Shown piece by piece: positions 22,019 to 34,919 of a DNA stretch of 64,000 bases. The stretch comes from Babesia bigemina (Eukaryota): contig NC_027219.1 in the NCBI RefSeq assembly GCF_000981445.1, positions 620,001-684,000 on the forward strand, read 5' to 3'. The notes beneath the pieces were generated by a model. The model ran no database searches. It had not been told where the DNA came from and saw only the letters and a list, made by a program, of their open reading frames with translations. Each line of letters starts with the position of its first letter. Within the stretch, counting starts at the first letter, position 1. Position numbers and translations under genes: made by a program.

Positions 22019-25000
22019 TCATATGGTAAGTGAGAAATTGTCCCACGCTGTACCCACTATGAGCTTATGACCGTCCTTAACGGCCTGGTGACGGCGGTAG
22101 CCACGCAAGGCGGCGTGAGCAATCCTGGTCATGGTGAGTATGTGCTCGCTTTGGGGACCATCGGGGCAGGTTTGCGAGAAGTGCGTCAGAATAAGCTTGC
22201 GCGCACGAATACTCGACGCAAATTCGCCCGCCTGGAGACATGTCGAGTGGCCATTGAAACGTGCATAGGCGTTGTAGAGCTGCTCCCATTCTAGGCGGCT
22301 GTAATTGCCTTGCTCTAGCACAGGCAACTGCAACCCCATAACATCGGACCAGTATTGAAAAATAAGCGGCGCCATACGATCTATGGACTCGCTGGCTTTC
22401 GAATTATCCGCCTCCCCAGTGGCATCGATCTTGCGATCTACCTGAATCCCGTTTTCTCGCAGTAGCTGAGACGCCATGGCACGCATATTCCTTTGCATCA
22501 CCCGACTCTTTGGTTGGTCTTTACCGGCCAGGGAAACTCCGGTGAGTTCATTGATAAGAGCGACAAGACGCACCACGTTACCCACAATCTTCGCAGCGAC
22601 TTGTGTCTCGGTGTACAACTTGAGTTCTCCAATAAGCTTTCTAACCATGGTTGTCCAACTGGGCTTACGCTTTTCCTGGAGGTCATTGTCGTTGTCTGCA
22701 GTGGAATTCGTGCCACCAGCTGCGGGCTGCGATGCAGGGTTATCTTCCGGCGCTTCATCTGGGTGGTTCAGCGCCTCATCAAGCGTTTCCTGGCGCTGTA
22801 TAACATCGCGCAATGCGCGAATCTTGCGATTGTAGTAGTAGTGTATATTACTTAATGTGCTGTGGCACATTTGAAACTTCATTTCTTCTGTTTGCAATAG
22901 CTGATCCAGCATTCGCATGGTTGTTCGTTTCATCGGATCAGATGACACATGCCTGGTTAGGCGCAGCAACATTTCTGAACCAGCGTTGGTTGGCATGTTG
23001 ATGGTGGATTCATGGATTAACACGTCTGCGTCCATGGCTAATGGCTGCAGCAGCCGGCTGTCCGCCGTGTCCTGACATATGACAAATTTGCGCGGCAACC
23101 TTGATTGGCTCGTGTGCACCGACGCCTTGCTACACTTATCATCATCTCCGGATTCTGCGGACACCACCACTGGTTCGGGAGACCCCACGGTACAATAACG
23201 TTGTCCCACCATCTTTTCCTGGACGACGTAACCCACAGTGTTGATGGTGTGGACCAGGGGCGCAGCCTTAACAACGCACGTGTCATCCTCATGGGCAACG
23301 TAATGCATATTATCGTCAGGGTAGAGATAGTTTATCTTGAACGATTTCTCTGAATTCTCTCGCTCATTGCGTGCACTCGCTTCATTTCCAGGAGCAACAA
23401 GTTCGTGCACGACTAATGACCGTAACTGTTGAGATTTTGAAGTCGATGAAAGTACGTTTGCGATAAATTGAGCGGTGCCCGAAGGACCGTACACTTCAAT
23501 CGGGGTAGCACCTGGAACTGAACTGAGGAACGAGAATAATCCAAAGGAGTGGTCGCCATGCAAGTGAGTGAGGAAGATTTTTCGTACACGCCTGTCGCTG
23601 TATCCTGTAGCGTAGAGGCGTATTATGGACCCTTCTCCGCAGTCAAACAACCACAGGTGCTCCACGCCAGAGCGTGCGAACACTATGGAAGATGTTACAC
23701 GCGTTTTGGATGCCTTCCTAGAACCCGAGCCTAGGAATGTCAGCTTCCAGGTGCCACCCCCCGGTGGGGCAAGTGGCTGGCAATCCTGAGGCCACGAGTC
23801 GCCATCAGGTACGTGGATGTATGACTTTGTCATTTCATAGTACTTGAACAAACCGAACTCATTAAAGGTAAAGTATACTCCGTCGTGCCGCAATATTTGT
23901 GAAGCAATCCACTTGAATACCGACTTCGTGATCGATAGTGCCCCCACAAGCCGCTCAGCGGGCTTCAAAGGGAGCACAAAATCCACCGCCGCCACTGCAG
24001 TGTTCACCAACCAGTCTTTAATCGCATGAAGGACTTTTGATCTGCGTTCGCTCTCGTGTTTGTGGTATCTGTCCACGAGTTCGTCAAGCAACAAAAGGAA
24101 TTCGTCAACGTCAAGGGGGTGCTGCATACCCAGCGATTTCGTCAATCTAGTGAGCGCATTGCTCAAGATCGGAGGCCACGTGTTAAGGCTTTCCTTAGAT
24201 CGTCTCATCTGTTCGGAAAGGTAGCGCCTGAATCCCATGTCCAAAGACTTGTACTTGCCGAGTTTGAGGCTATAAAACTCTTTGATGCCGTCAGGGGATA
24301 CCGCTGCCGCTTCCCAAGCATCCCACTTCAGGTCTGCAATAAAAGACTGTAACTCATCATACAGGCCTGCATTATCTGTTCGCATGACGGGGCCAACGGA
24401 CTCAAACAGGCGTACCAGCTGGGAATATAGCGCCTCCTTATGGGAATTGCCTTGCTTCCGTGAGCTTTCCTGTTGTCCTGACACATTTTCATCTCCTGCA
24501 TTCCCTGGCTTCGCCAAATGGTGTGCATCGGCACTCTTATGCTTGGTAGCCGCATGCCCCGGGTCTACCGCTGTGAAGTTCTCACGTAGGCCCTTGGAGT
24601 ACATTACTGTAACCTCGTCGACGCTATTTGGTTGTTCACTTGCCGCGTCATCCCAACCCGATTGGCGGCGAGCCTGCGTCTTTGCAGCAGCCCTAATTTC
24701 TGTTGACGCAACTCTGGAGTTATCGTCACCCACTGGCCTGACGCCGTGCCTCCTCGGATGGGACGTTTGCTTGGCACCACCATTGTCTGACACCTTAGGC
24801 GTAGGTAAAATCTTGTCGTGCCCACCGTCACCAAACAAAAGAAATCGGTCGCCGCCTAGAATGTCATTAGTATTGCTGTTAACGCTCGATCGCCGCCTAC
24901 CGTAGCTGCGGCTATTCCAACTACCACTTTGGTGTAATACTGGACTATGTAGCGTCCTGGTAAGCTGTCTTTCACCTTTATGCGACTTGAATCCCCACTC

Positions 25001-25099
25001 TGCCACGAACCCAGTTACCAGGGTTCCTACCGCCGGCGGAGGTGCGATAGCTGAAACTGCGGTCCACGCTGCTGCCACTAGACACGCACATATTACCAT
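22019..25099 (-). CDS. tRNase Z (metallo-beta-lactamase fold) with a bipartite-like leader, probably apicoplast-targeted
   Basis: LTFLGSGS, WLFDCGEG, THLHGDH, HTINTVGY, DVLIHEST, GHST, LILTHFSQ. A signal peptide is followed by a basic/Ser-rich stretch. Confidence 0.88.
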   Translation of the reverse strand: MVICACLVAAAWTAVSAIAPPPAVGTLVTGFVAEWGFKSHKGERQLTRTLHSPVLHQSGSWNSRSYGRRRSSVNSNTNDILGGDRFLLFGDGGHDKILPTPKVSDNGGAKQTSHPRRHGVRPVGDDNSRVASTEIRAAAKTQARRQSGWDDAASEQPNSVDEVTVMYSKGLRENFTAVDPGHAATKHKSADAHHLAKPGNAGDENVSGQQESSRKQGNSHKEALYSQLVRLFESVGPVMRTDNAGLYDELQSFIADLKWDAWEAAAVSPDGIKEFYSLKLGKYKSLDMGFRRYLSEQMRRSKESLNTWPPILSNALTRLTKSLGMQHPLDVDEFLLLLDELVDRYHKHESERRSKVLHAIKDWLVNTAVAAVDFVLPLKPAERLVGALSITKSVFKWIASQILRHDGVYFTFNEFGLFKYYEMTKSYIHVPDGDSWPQDCQPLAPPGGGTWKLTFLGSGSRKASKTRVTSSIVFARSGVEHLWLFDCGEGSIIRLYATGYSDRRVRKIFLTHLHGDHSFGLFSFLSSVPGATPIEVYGPSGTAQFIANVLSSTSKSQQLRSLVVHELVAPGNEASARNERENSEKSFKINYLYPDDNMHYVAHEDDTCVVKAAPLVHTINTVGYVVQEKMVGQRYCTVGSPEPVVVSAESGDDDKCSKASVHTSQSRLPRKFVICQDTADSRLLQPLAMDADVLIHESTINMPTNAGSEMLLRLTRHVSSDPMKRTTMRMLDQLLQTEEMKFQMCHSTLSNIHYYYNRKIRALRDVIQRQETLDEALNHPDEAPEDNPASQPAAGGTNSTADNDNDLQEKRKPSWTTMVRKLIGELKLYTETQVAAKIVGNVVRLVALINELTGVSLAGKDQPKSRVMQRNMRAMASQLLRENGIQVDRKIDATGEADNSKASESIDRMAPLIFQYWSDVMGLQLPVLEQGNYSRLEWEQLYNAYARFNGHSTCLQAGEFASSIRARKLILTHFSQTCPDGPQSEHILTMTRIAHAALRGYRRHQAVKDGHKLIVGTAWDNFSLTI

Positions 25100-25381
25100 T
25101 ATGCGACATGCTCCCCTACATTAGGCGTGCATCAGCATCATAGCAGGGTCATATGGGTTCAGCAGATTCTACCGAGGAGGTCGATGTACCTTCAGTGGTT
25201 CAATTCACCGCCAAGTTTACATCATGTCATCCTTGGCTATCACATAAACCTACAATAACGCAGATGTGTACACCTGTACGAAGGAATTGACTACAGTGAT
25301 AACCCCGGTAGTAAATGCCATCGCGCCATACGGACCACCGTTAACGACGCTAGTGATTACAAAAGCCATTAGACATTATGT

Positions 25382-27114
25382 TTAACTGCAAAATGATACA
25401 CTGCGAGTCCTATCACGCAACAAAGCACTTGGATTCCGAGGCAAAGGACAGACAAATCGCGCTCTGCCATGGGGCCGAGAAGCTGCGCTACCATTATACT
25501 CGAAGATTCCACGTGTGCTCACCCATAGTAGCGCGTTGAGGAGTGTGTAGTTATTGGAGTATTCCAAGAGCTCAGTTGAGGGGTTGAAACTACGCGATTA
25601 TGTCGACATCCGGCACATAACTTACCACGGGGTCCTGAAACGCGGACAGTGCTTGATTCCGATAAGCTACACAGATGTGTATCGCTTGCAGCCATTTATA
25701 ACACACCTGAGGTATAGACAATACAAAATTAGCTATCTGCGGGAGGAAGAGGAGCAACATAAGCGCAGAAGTCCCGCACAACAACGCGTTTGCGGCCAAC
25801 AACGCCCCCTGAACTTTATTTGGGAAAGATTCCTGGGTAATTACCGCCATTGAAGTGTATATGTTTCCTACGAATATGGATGCCGGGTACCAGTTGTAAC
25901 ACAGCAGTCCTGCGCTCACCGCGAGGAACGGCAGTGTTAGCTTTAGCGACACCAGGTGCCTCTCCAGCGATGCGGCAGCTTCCAGTCCATTATGCGCACC
26001 AATAAGTTGTGATAATTCCTGCACGAGCGTTTAACATGCGACTACAATAACTCACGAGGCAGTTGTGCGCCACCACGAAGATGGCAATGATCGCGGATTC
26101 GCCCACTTCTAGCCCATTAATACCTTTGTTATGCCATCAACTACAACAGCTCTGCAATAACCTACCAGCGTATATGTTGATGGCGTTTACGAAAAATATC
26201 GCCAGAAGCACCAACGATGCGTAGTACGCACTGCCGATGTTGATCGCATGCCCCCCTATAAGAGGCAGTACTCGCGGAACCGTGAGCACGGTTTCGCGTG
26301 GAAACGCTTTGCATATGTGTATAGCAACTGCGACGTATGATATCGCTCGAGCTGACGCACTCACCAATGCCAGGGACGGCCACCTTTGAGAACCACCCGA
26401 GCTGCACGATGTCGTCAACAAGTCCCTACAATGCATTTGTTACAGGCAGTATAACAACATACAAGAATAGTCAGCGTTGTGATTGCGACCAAAGCGCAGT
26501 TGAATATAGCGATATCGTTTGGGCCGGCGTTTGCAGCGCCAAGGCCGACGAGGTAAATCAAGTAGAGAAGACATGCCCAGAGCGATCCTGGCTCGGCCAC
26601 TCTTTCAGAACCTTCTTTCTGGTGCAAATTGATGTTGCAGAGGCCTGAAAACTAGATGAGCATTCACCAATGCAAAAGTTGACAACACATGATTAAAGAT
26701 CATTTGCCATCAAATCAACCCCAAACAACAATTTTATCGACAGTTGGCGCATTCCGTCATTGACGGTGTAATGGCTGCCTAATGGCTCCTATTAGGCTGT
26801 TTCAAATACAACCTGATTTTTAGTTAAACAACGAGGCGCGTACCTTTCAACTGGAGGGCTTTCACCAACTTAGGAAGGGCAGAGTAGCTTGTAATTGCCA
26901 GAGGAAAGCACGTGGATAGCAGGAAGGCAGTGCGGGTGGACCAATCGTCACACATACACAGCAACGTGGCAACGACGGCGTAAGGCACGCCAAGCAGGCA
27001 CGCCAAAACGACTTCAAATTTCAATGAAGGAAGCACTGTGAAGCGATGTCTTGCAGGATTGCTGATTCCGCCGCCAGCCCTCGCAGCAAAGCCCAAATCT
27101 CCGGGTTGACGCAT
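25382..27114 (-). CDS. DPAGT1: UDP-GlcNAc:dolichyl-phosphate GlcNAc-1-P transferase (ALG7/GPT), multi-exon; ends approximate
   Basis: Multi-TM exons with VAEPG, GLVDDIVQL, FFVNAINIYAG|INGLEVGES, YNWYPASIFVG and NNYTLLNALL. Confidence 0.85.
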
Positions 27115-27816
27115 ATTTACAGATCGCTGCGCCACGTGACGAAGGTCACGGGTAAGAACATGGGCTAAAGTCTGGAATATTGGACATTGTTATTGCGGAA
27201 TAAAGGCGTCCCTAGACACCTACGTTGTTTTCGCTCTATGCGTTTAGAAAGTCCACTTGCGTATATGTGTCAGGCATCGCGCCAAAATCATTCATGACCT
27301 GCACACATCGAGCTTAGACACGAATCACGGTGTCTTTAACAGCGTCTTGGGCATGTGTGGGCCACGCAGGTCTCTATGCGCTGCACTCGGTTCACATGAA
27401 CCGGCAGTAGACAGTAGACAAGCAATCTCGGCTAATAGCTCACGGTAGACACGTGTGTATGTGGTTAAATACACCAAATAAACATTGTACTATAACCACG
27501 GGAAATTGTGACGTTCGAATGCGTTGTCACACGCATAAGTGTGTGTAACTCCATCTATTCGAGCGCAAGAAACGCTGGCGATTCACTGCCGCCGATTATA
27601 CTACACACTGCCATTTTACCTTTACAAAATAAGTCATTCATGCGGTGGAGCAGTAGAATTTGTCATTGCTGGCACGAGGGTTAAGACGCGCGGTGGTGTG
27701 CAACAGCCCCTGCCTCTCCCGGCGGTTCCATGCAACCGGCGCCATTCCTTAAAAAACGAAAAGCACGATCACAAACAGCTACAACCAAACAACAATTTAT
27801 TTTGCCTTCAAGTCCC

Positions 27817-30060
27817 ATGGAGGCGCATAAGGGGTTTTCAAATTTGGGCGCTTTGCTGGGCTTTTACGGTCTGGCAATAGCTGGAACCGAGGAGGAAGGT
27901 ACGTCCATGCTACCTAGCGCACGCTCTTTCGTCTGCGAAGGAGGCTTTATCGAGTGTTTGCGCTGACACATTTCAGGTTTTTCTCCCATCTACCGCAATA
28001 CTGCATCCGAGACCTTGAAAAGGGCTAGCGACCATGGCAAATTTCAGACGATGTGAGTAGCGCCCAATCTACAAAGCCTCTCACTATCGCTGCAGGTGGG
28101 ACGTGTTCCAACACGGTCTCAAAATCAATCCGGACGCTCCTTGCATCGGGAAGCGCGAGGTCAAGTCCGACGGCTCTCTAGGCGCCTATCGCTTCATGAC
28201 GTACAAGGAGGTAGGGCGGTAATGTGGCACTGTGGCATATGGTACAGGTGGAATCCAAGGCATTAGTCATCGGAAGTGCCCTACACCAGCTACCGATAGA
28301 GGTGCAGCCATCATGCCACCCAAAGGTGAAGGACTCGAAGATGGTTGGGGTGTTCGTCACGAATTGTATTGAGTGGCTCATCCTCGAACAATCGTGTAAC
28401 GCCTATGGATTCACGCTGGTTCCCATCTATAACACGCTTGGAAACGAGTCCATCCATACAATCCTGCGGAATTCCGGGATTAGCGTCTTGCTCTGCACAC
28501 CTGCAACGGCAAAGACCATGCTCACTGTTCTTGAGTTGGGCACTGAAGGTGTGAATCTCGAGCTCATTATCCTTATCGAATGCGATGCTGTCGATGACGC
28601 ACTCAAAAACAACAGCTTTGGAATCAAGTTCATGCTCTGGAGCGAACTGGAGGCTATGGGCAAGAAGAAGCCGCTGCCGCCGTCGCCCCCGCACCCTGAC
28701 ACCTTGGCCCTGATATCGTATACGTCCGGTACCAGCGGCACCCCCAAGGGTGTTATGCTCACCCAGCAGAACGTCACCGACCTTATCGTGGTGACCTGCG
28801 AGGATCGTACGTTTACTCTCTACTCAGCATGACACTCTTTCAGACGTGAAGAAATCATTCATTGAGAATCCGATGGAGCGACACATGAGTTACCTGCCCA
28901 TGGCCCACCTGTTCGAAAAGAACTTCGTGAACGCTGTATACTACTTTGGCGGGTGCATAGGGCTCTACTCCGGGGACATCAAGAAGCTACTTGACGACGT
29001 GCAGGAGTTCAAACCCACCTTCTTCGTGGGAGTGCCCCGTCTGTTCCAGCGCATCCACGACAAGGTTATGGCTGGAGTGGCACAGAAATCGTTCGTGGTG
29101 AGGGGGCTGTTCAAGGCCGGGCTGGCAGCAAAGATGAATCGCATTAACACAACTGGTAACTATTCCCATGCATTATGGGACAAGCTAATCTTCAACAAGC
29201 TGAAGCTCCTGCTAGGAGGCCAAGTGAAGTGGATGCTGGTGGGATCCTCCGGCATGAACCCCAGCGTGATTGAACGCCTGCGAGCTATATTCGGCGTGCC
29301 GCTACTCTGGGGTTACGCCCTTACCGAAAGCTGTGCCGGAAGCACGGCACAGAACTTCCACGACACCGACCCTACCAGCTGCGGAGGGCCGCTGCCAAGC
29401 CAGGAGTTCCGCCTGAGGTCCGTACCCGATCTGCAGTACGACGCCACTGCGCACCCACCGCGCGGCGAACTCCTCATCCGTGGTTACAATGTCATGCACG
29501 GCTACTATCGCGACGAAAAGGCTACACAGGAAGCCCTGGTTGATGGCTGGCTGCACACCGGAGACGTCGTGGAGATTCTACCGAGTGGAGCCATCCGCAT
29601 TATAGACCGCGTGAAGAACGTCTTCAAACTGGCTCAGGGCGAATATGTGTCGCCTGGCATGGTGGAATCTGTCATTAACATGGGCACCCTGGTCGCGCAG
29701 TCCTTCGTGTTCGGCAAAAACGATGAAGTTTACACTGTCGCGGTGGTGGTACCTGACGAGGACGTCCTGAAACATTGGAAGGAGGCCAATGGCATGGGAT
29801 CGCTCAGCTTCAAGGAAGTGTGCGGCCGGAAGGAGTTACGCGACGCAATCATGGCCGAGATGGAGAAGCTGTTCCAGGAGAACAACTTGAAGGGATACGA
29901 GAAGGTGAAGGCCATTTATGTTGAGCACGAACTGTTCAGTGTTGAGAACGATCTGCTAACCGTGACCGCTAAATTGCGACGTCACAAGCTGCGGGAAAGA
30001 TATGCTGCAGAAATAGATGCGCTCTACAAAGAGTTACGCGCGGCCAACAAGGCGGCCTGA
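27817..30060 (+). CDS. Long-chain fatty acyl-CoA synthetase, multi-exon
   Basis: ISYTSGTSGTPKGV (AMP-binding), SYLPMAHLFE, WGYALTE, GWLHTGD, IIDRVKNVFKLAQGEYVSP. Confidence 0.95.
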
Positions 30061-30562
30061 GTTAGTTTGGCTACCGTTCAGCCAACCGTGAATCTATGTA
30101 ATTTCCCTGTTTCATGTTACCGGTGGTTTATCACGTATTCTGTATTGTCCCTTCGATTTCGCGTGCCGAGTCTTATAGTTCCCCTAATTGGCGGTCGGGC
30201 GTGTTTGCTTAACCTACGAACTAGTTGGCGTGCCGATAGGGTTATGAAACCAAGCGGGAGGCTATGTTTATATGTCTAATTTGCCTCCACCGCTGAGCGT
30301 TTGGTGACGCGCTCCATAGCGATACACATCTGTCTAACAGTGACTGAACATATCCATGACGAAATCTCAGCTACGTAATCGGCAGCTGGCCGTTCGACAA
30401 GTATAACTTCTGTTTTTTAATCGCAGCGCAAGGGCGGTGTTACCACATCTCGCAGTACACATCCCCCAAGTCGCCAAGTTCAGATCTGGCACCCTCACGA
30501 CCATTACAGCCTGGTAATCGACCAATGAGCTATTAGAAGGTCTGAAGCGTCTGCATACGACG

Positions 30563-33500
30563 ATGGATGCTCGTGAGGAGAGGGCAGCGGAAGGCGCCAC
30601 TCCCGAACTCGGGGACTCCACCTCTGCAACGTTACCTGAAGGTGAGTTCAAGCTTGAATTTGGACCCCGTAGTTGTGTTATTACACGATTCACTGTATCT
30701 CAGCCTTCGAAAACTCTGCGGGAAAAGTGGTCAAGGTCCAATTGATAAACTTTTTGAACCATGCGAACCTGTTGATCCATTGTTCACCGTACCTGAACAT
30801 GATTTTCGGCATGAACGGACGTAGGTCGCCATGTCGCACAGTAACACAACGTACAGAGGGCAAAAGCGCAATTGTGCAAGGCATGGCTCTGTGCTTCGGT
30901 GGTTATGGCCATTCAGCAGGTCGTGACACCGCGCTTTTACACTACATCAAAGACTACCACCTTCGAGATGGACCCAGGTGCGCCCAATTGGCATACGTTT
31001 ATCATAACATACAGCTATGCCCGTGTGGAGGTCACGCTTTCCAATCAAGGGGACGGCGCCTACAAGCCAGAGTTGTACGGTGACGCCATCGTTCTTGCAA
31101 GAGTCATACATAAAAACCATTCATCGTTTTACATGGGCGGAACTTTGGTTAAAAAGGCGACGGTAAACAAGAAAGAGGTTGATCGCTATCTGCGCCACAT
31201 CAAAATGAGTGTAAGTTGAACGGTTTCTAGTCCATCACCTGTACTAGATCGGTAACCCCACGACGTACATGGATCAGGAGTCCAGCAAGTCATTCTTCTT
31301 CCACTCGAACCCTAGCAGCTTCTATCGGTACTACTCAGCTGCAGCTGGTCTGGTGGAGATGGAGCAGAATTTGAGCACGGAGAAACGTAATTTGGAGGAG
31401 TGCAAGGCGGAGTTGAAGGTACGCAAGCGCGTCCTGCACCCAGACCGTGAGAAGCTACGAGATCTTTCTAAGCAGATATCACTCTTCGAAGAAAAGCTTA
31501 CGGAATGGAAGTCGGCGAAGGAGATGTACAGACTATCGCAGTATCGCGCGTACAAAGAGCGGTACGAAGCTCTCAAGGAGACGTACGACCGGTTTCACCA
31601 AACCGACCCCAAGGATGAAATAGTGAAACTGCAAAATTCCATTGAATTGTTCAGCGCGGAGCACGAGGAGGTGAAATTCGATATGCAAACGCAAACTTCG
31701 AAAACATACCATCACAAGGATAGCATCACTACCATCACCGACCAGATTGCCGTTTTGAACGACTCCATCGGCGACATGCAGTCGCGTATTTCCGCCAAGA
31801 AGGCGTGTATATCGCAAGTGGAAACCGCAATGGCAAATTTGGATGGCGAGCTCTCCGCAGTGGCGGCGGAGCCGGCGGATGCAGATAAAAAGTGTCTGGA
31901 GCGTGAACTTGACGTCTGCCGCAAGGAGTACGAAGATGTCACCGAACAGCAGGAATCTACCTCGTCTGCTATGGCCGACATTGAGAGCGCCATAGAAGAC
32001 ATTGAGACGCAGATACAGAAAGCAAAAATCGATCTTGATGAGCAGAGGCGAGAGAACGCCTCGTTGGAGTTTTCGACGGTACCAAGTGTAAGGTCAGACC
32101 CGTTACGTCGGGCTCTCTATCGTTACGACGTCAATGCGGTTCGCGAAGATATCCAGAGGATGCGGGATCAGGGAGTGTTCATTTACATGCCCATTGGGCC
32201 AATTGGCGATTACCTGGTGGTGACACGAGACGCCCCGACATGGAAAGTGCTGGCTGTGGTGGAGCATCACCTCCGTAGCATGGTCCACACATGGGTGGTT
32301 GCTTCAGAGCAGGATCGTCGCGCGTTGGAGAGCCTGTTGATCAAGCACGGTTGCAGCCGCAGCCAGTCCAAGATCATTAAGAGCAACGTATTCATGCGTC
32401 CCGACCTCGTGGAACGTATGCAGCGAAAGCTGTCCACGATGAGTCATCGGCAATCCATTTACAGTTACCTCGCCGTGAAGGAAATCCCCCCTCTACTGCT
32501 GTACGTGCTAGATGACGTGTGTGGCATAGGCCGCGCTGTTATCTGCATCGATGACGAGCAGATGTATGAGGTGCTCTCTGAGGGTGGCGATAAAGTAAAT
32601 GTTGTATACTCTTTGACCCGATTGAATAGCGGCAGAAGACTAAACGGATCGCTCTACCTGTCGCCGTGTTACGAAAAGCACCCATTCTCATACGAGTATG
32701 TACGTTACGCGCAGGGAAACGAAGGCGACTACTCGTGGGAGCGGGAGGAACGGAAGGACAGCGGCACTCAGCGTGAGAGTTCACTAAAGTCCCTGTTGTC
32801 ATCTTTATCCAAGGAGCTTTCGGAGTGCAATTCGCGTCTAAATGCCCATCGCAGCAAACTCGACGAAATAAAGGCCGAACAGACGAGGGTAATACGAAAA
32901 CGTACCCGGCTGGAAACGGATTTGGAAACAGAACTTGACAGCTTGCAATCAACAAGCCATAGCAGCCGTTACAACAAGTGTTGCGAAGCGTTGGAGGAGA
33001 TTCGTTCCGATTACCGTCGCCAGCTGAAGGCTCTCGGTGCTGAGCTGGCCACCTTGGAGGCGGAGTTGTCGGCCATGGAATCCAACAAAGCTACGAAGGA
33101 AGAGGAGCTTAAGGTTGCCAACAGCGATTTGAAAGCTACTTTGAAGACTGTTTCCTCCTTGAAGGTAGATATGCAGAAAATACAGCAGCGTATCAACACA
33201 CAAAAGACACAGATAAAGGCTCTGCAGAAAAATATGGAGGATTATAATTTCAAGTTGGATGGGTACGTGAACGACCTTAAGGAGGCTGAAAAGAAACTTG
33301 AGAGCCACAAGGCTGAGTTGGAAGCAGAAGGCATCGATTACTCCGCTGAGCTGCCCACCAAATCGCCGGAAGATTACTTGCAAATACTCAACCTCAGCAA
33401 CGATGTGCTTAAGCGAATTGTGGACGACTCGAGGAACATTGAGGCTCACCTGCAGTCGCTACGTGAAAAGCACGCCGCTGCGGAACAATCACTACGGGAT

Positions 33501-34394
33501 AAAGAACTACGGCTTACTGAGACGACCGAAAACTACAGCCTACAGAAAAAGAATTACGTCAAGCGTTGCAGGCGTTTCGAGGAGTGCCGAGCACGTATTG
33601 AACATAAAGCGAAGAAGGCATTCCGACAGACGCTCGACGCAGTTACGGGGTACGATGGGAACCTGGTTTTCAATGACGTGAACCGCACGCTAGACATACA
33701 AATCCATAACAAACAGCAATCGTACTCACGCGCCCACTTGGCCACTGACCTGAAGGTAGGTTGCATTCCACATATGAATGTAGCGGCATGTTTCATATCC
33801 AAAAGCGTGGTACAGCGTTGTACCCGTGCGACTTCAACTGACACAATGTCTCCTATGCTATTACCTGATGTGTTAAGTACTGCAATGTGTTCATAACATG
33901 GCGGTGGCATGCCGTGTACAGGAGTATAAAATGTGGCATCTGGGTGACGGATTCATACACATATACATTAAACAACAGTTTCTATCTACAAGTGTTGTTT
34001 TCCATGATTGTCACCAATAAGTGACGTGGAGGTATCATTACGTTTGCAGACACTCAGCGGAGGCGAGCAATCTGCGATCCAGCTCTCCATGCTGCAAAGC
34101 TTGGCTACAATATCGTTCTCGCCCATCCACATGTTCGACGAAGTTGACGTATACATGGACGAGAGCACGCGAATCAAAAAGTAAGTGCCATTGTTACCGT
34201 TGTTTTACACTTTGTAGCATCGAGTCCCTGGTGCAATTCGCTGCAAACAATAAAAACCGCCAGATCTTCTTGGTGACCCCGCATTCCGAGTTGGCCAAAC
34301 ATATAAAGGGTTGGTGTCAATATATCACCAGACATGTAGTACAGACAAATACCCTGACATCAGCAAAATCTTCAACGTCGCTAGGGACGTATGA
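30563..34394 (+). CDS. SMC6: Structural maintenance of chromosomes protein 6, multi-exon
   Basis: NFLNHANL, split Walker A (FGMNG|..GKSAIVQG), coil-hinge (PIGPIG)-coil, LSGGEQS, and SPIHMFDEVDVYMD, which is SMC6-type rather than the SMC5 DEINQGMD. IFLVTPH follows. Confidence 0.88.
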
Positions 34395-34919
34395 CACACG
34401 GGCCTTGTAACACGGTTGGCTGCCACGTGTATCCGCACACGTTTCGGCGCCAACAACCAGGGTGCAGATTGTTGATCATCTGCCTATACAGCCGTGGAAC
34501 AAGCATTCTAAATGAATACCTGCCCCACGGTGACAACCATCCAACATCTTGGGATATGTCCTATCGCATCCCAGACCTGCTCACGGGATATAACGTGAAG
34601 TTAACAGATATCCGTTCCATTACTAAGAGCGTAACTCCTGACTCCATGATTATAATGACGAGAGGGACAGCCGCAGTGCCAGCGTTGTTCCACGTTTATG
34701 GGACGCAAAAGTTTTTCTTCGCATGCGCCCGTTCCATTAAACTATACTGCTATACCACTTTAGTTTATTCACAAAGGGGGATCATTATTACTGCGTAGCG
34801 CCGTGCCCTACGATACCGCACAAGTACCTGGGTTCAAAATAACGCTCTAGCAAAATCCGTATATCCGTTACATTCACAATCCCGCATTACATCCAACCAC
34901 GGTCAACCAGTTACACGCA

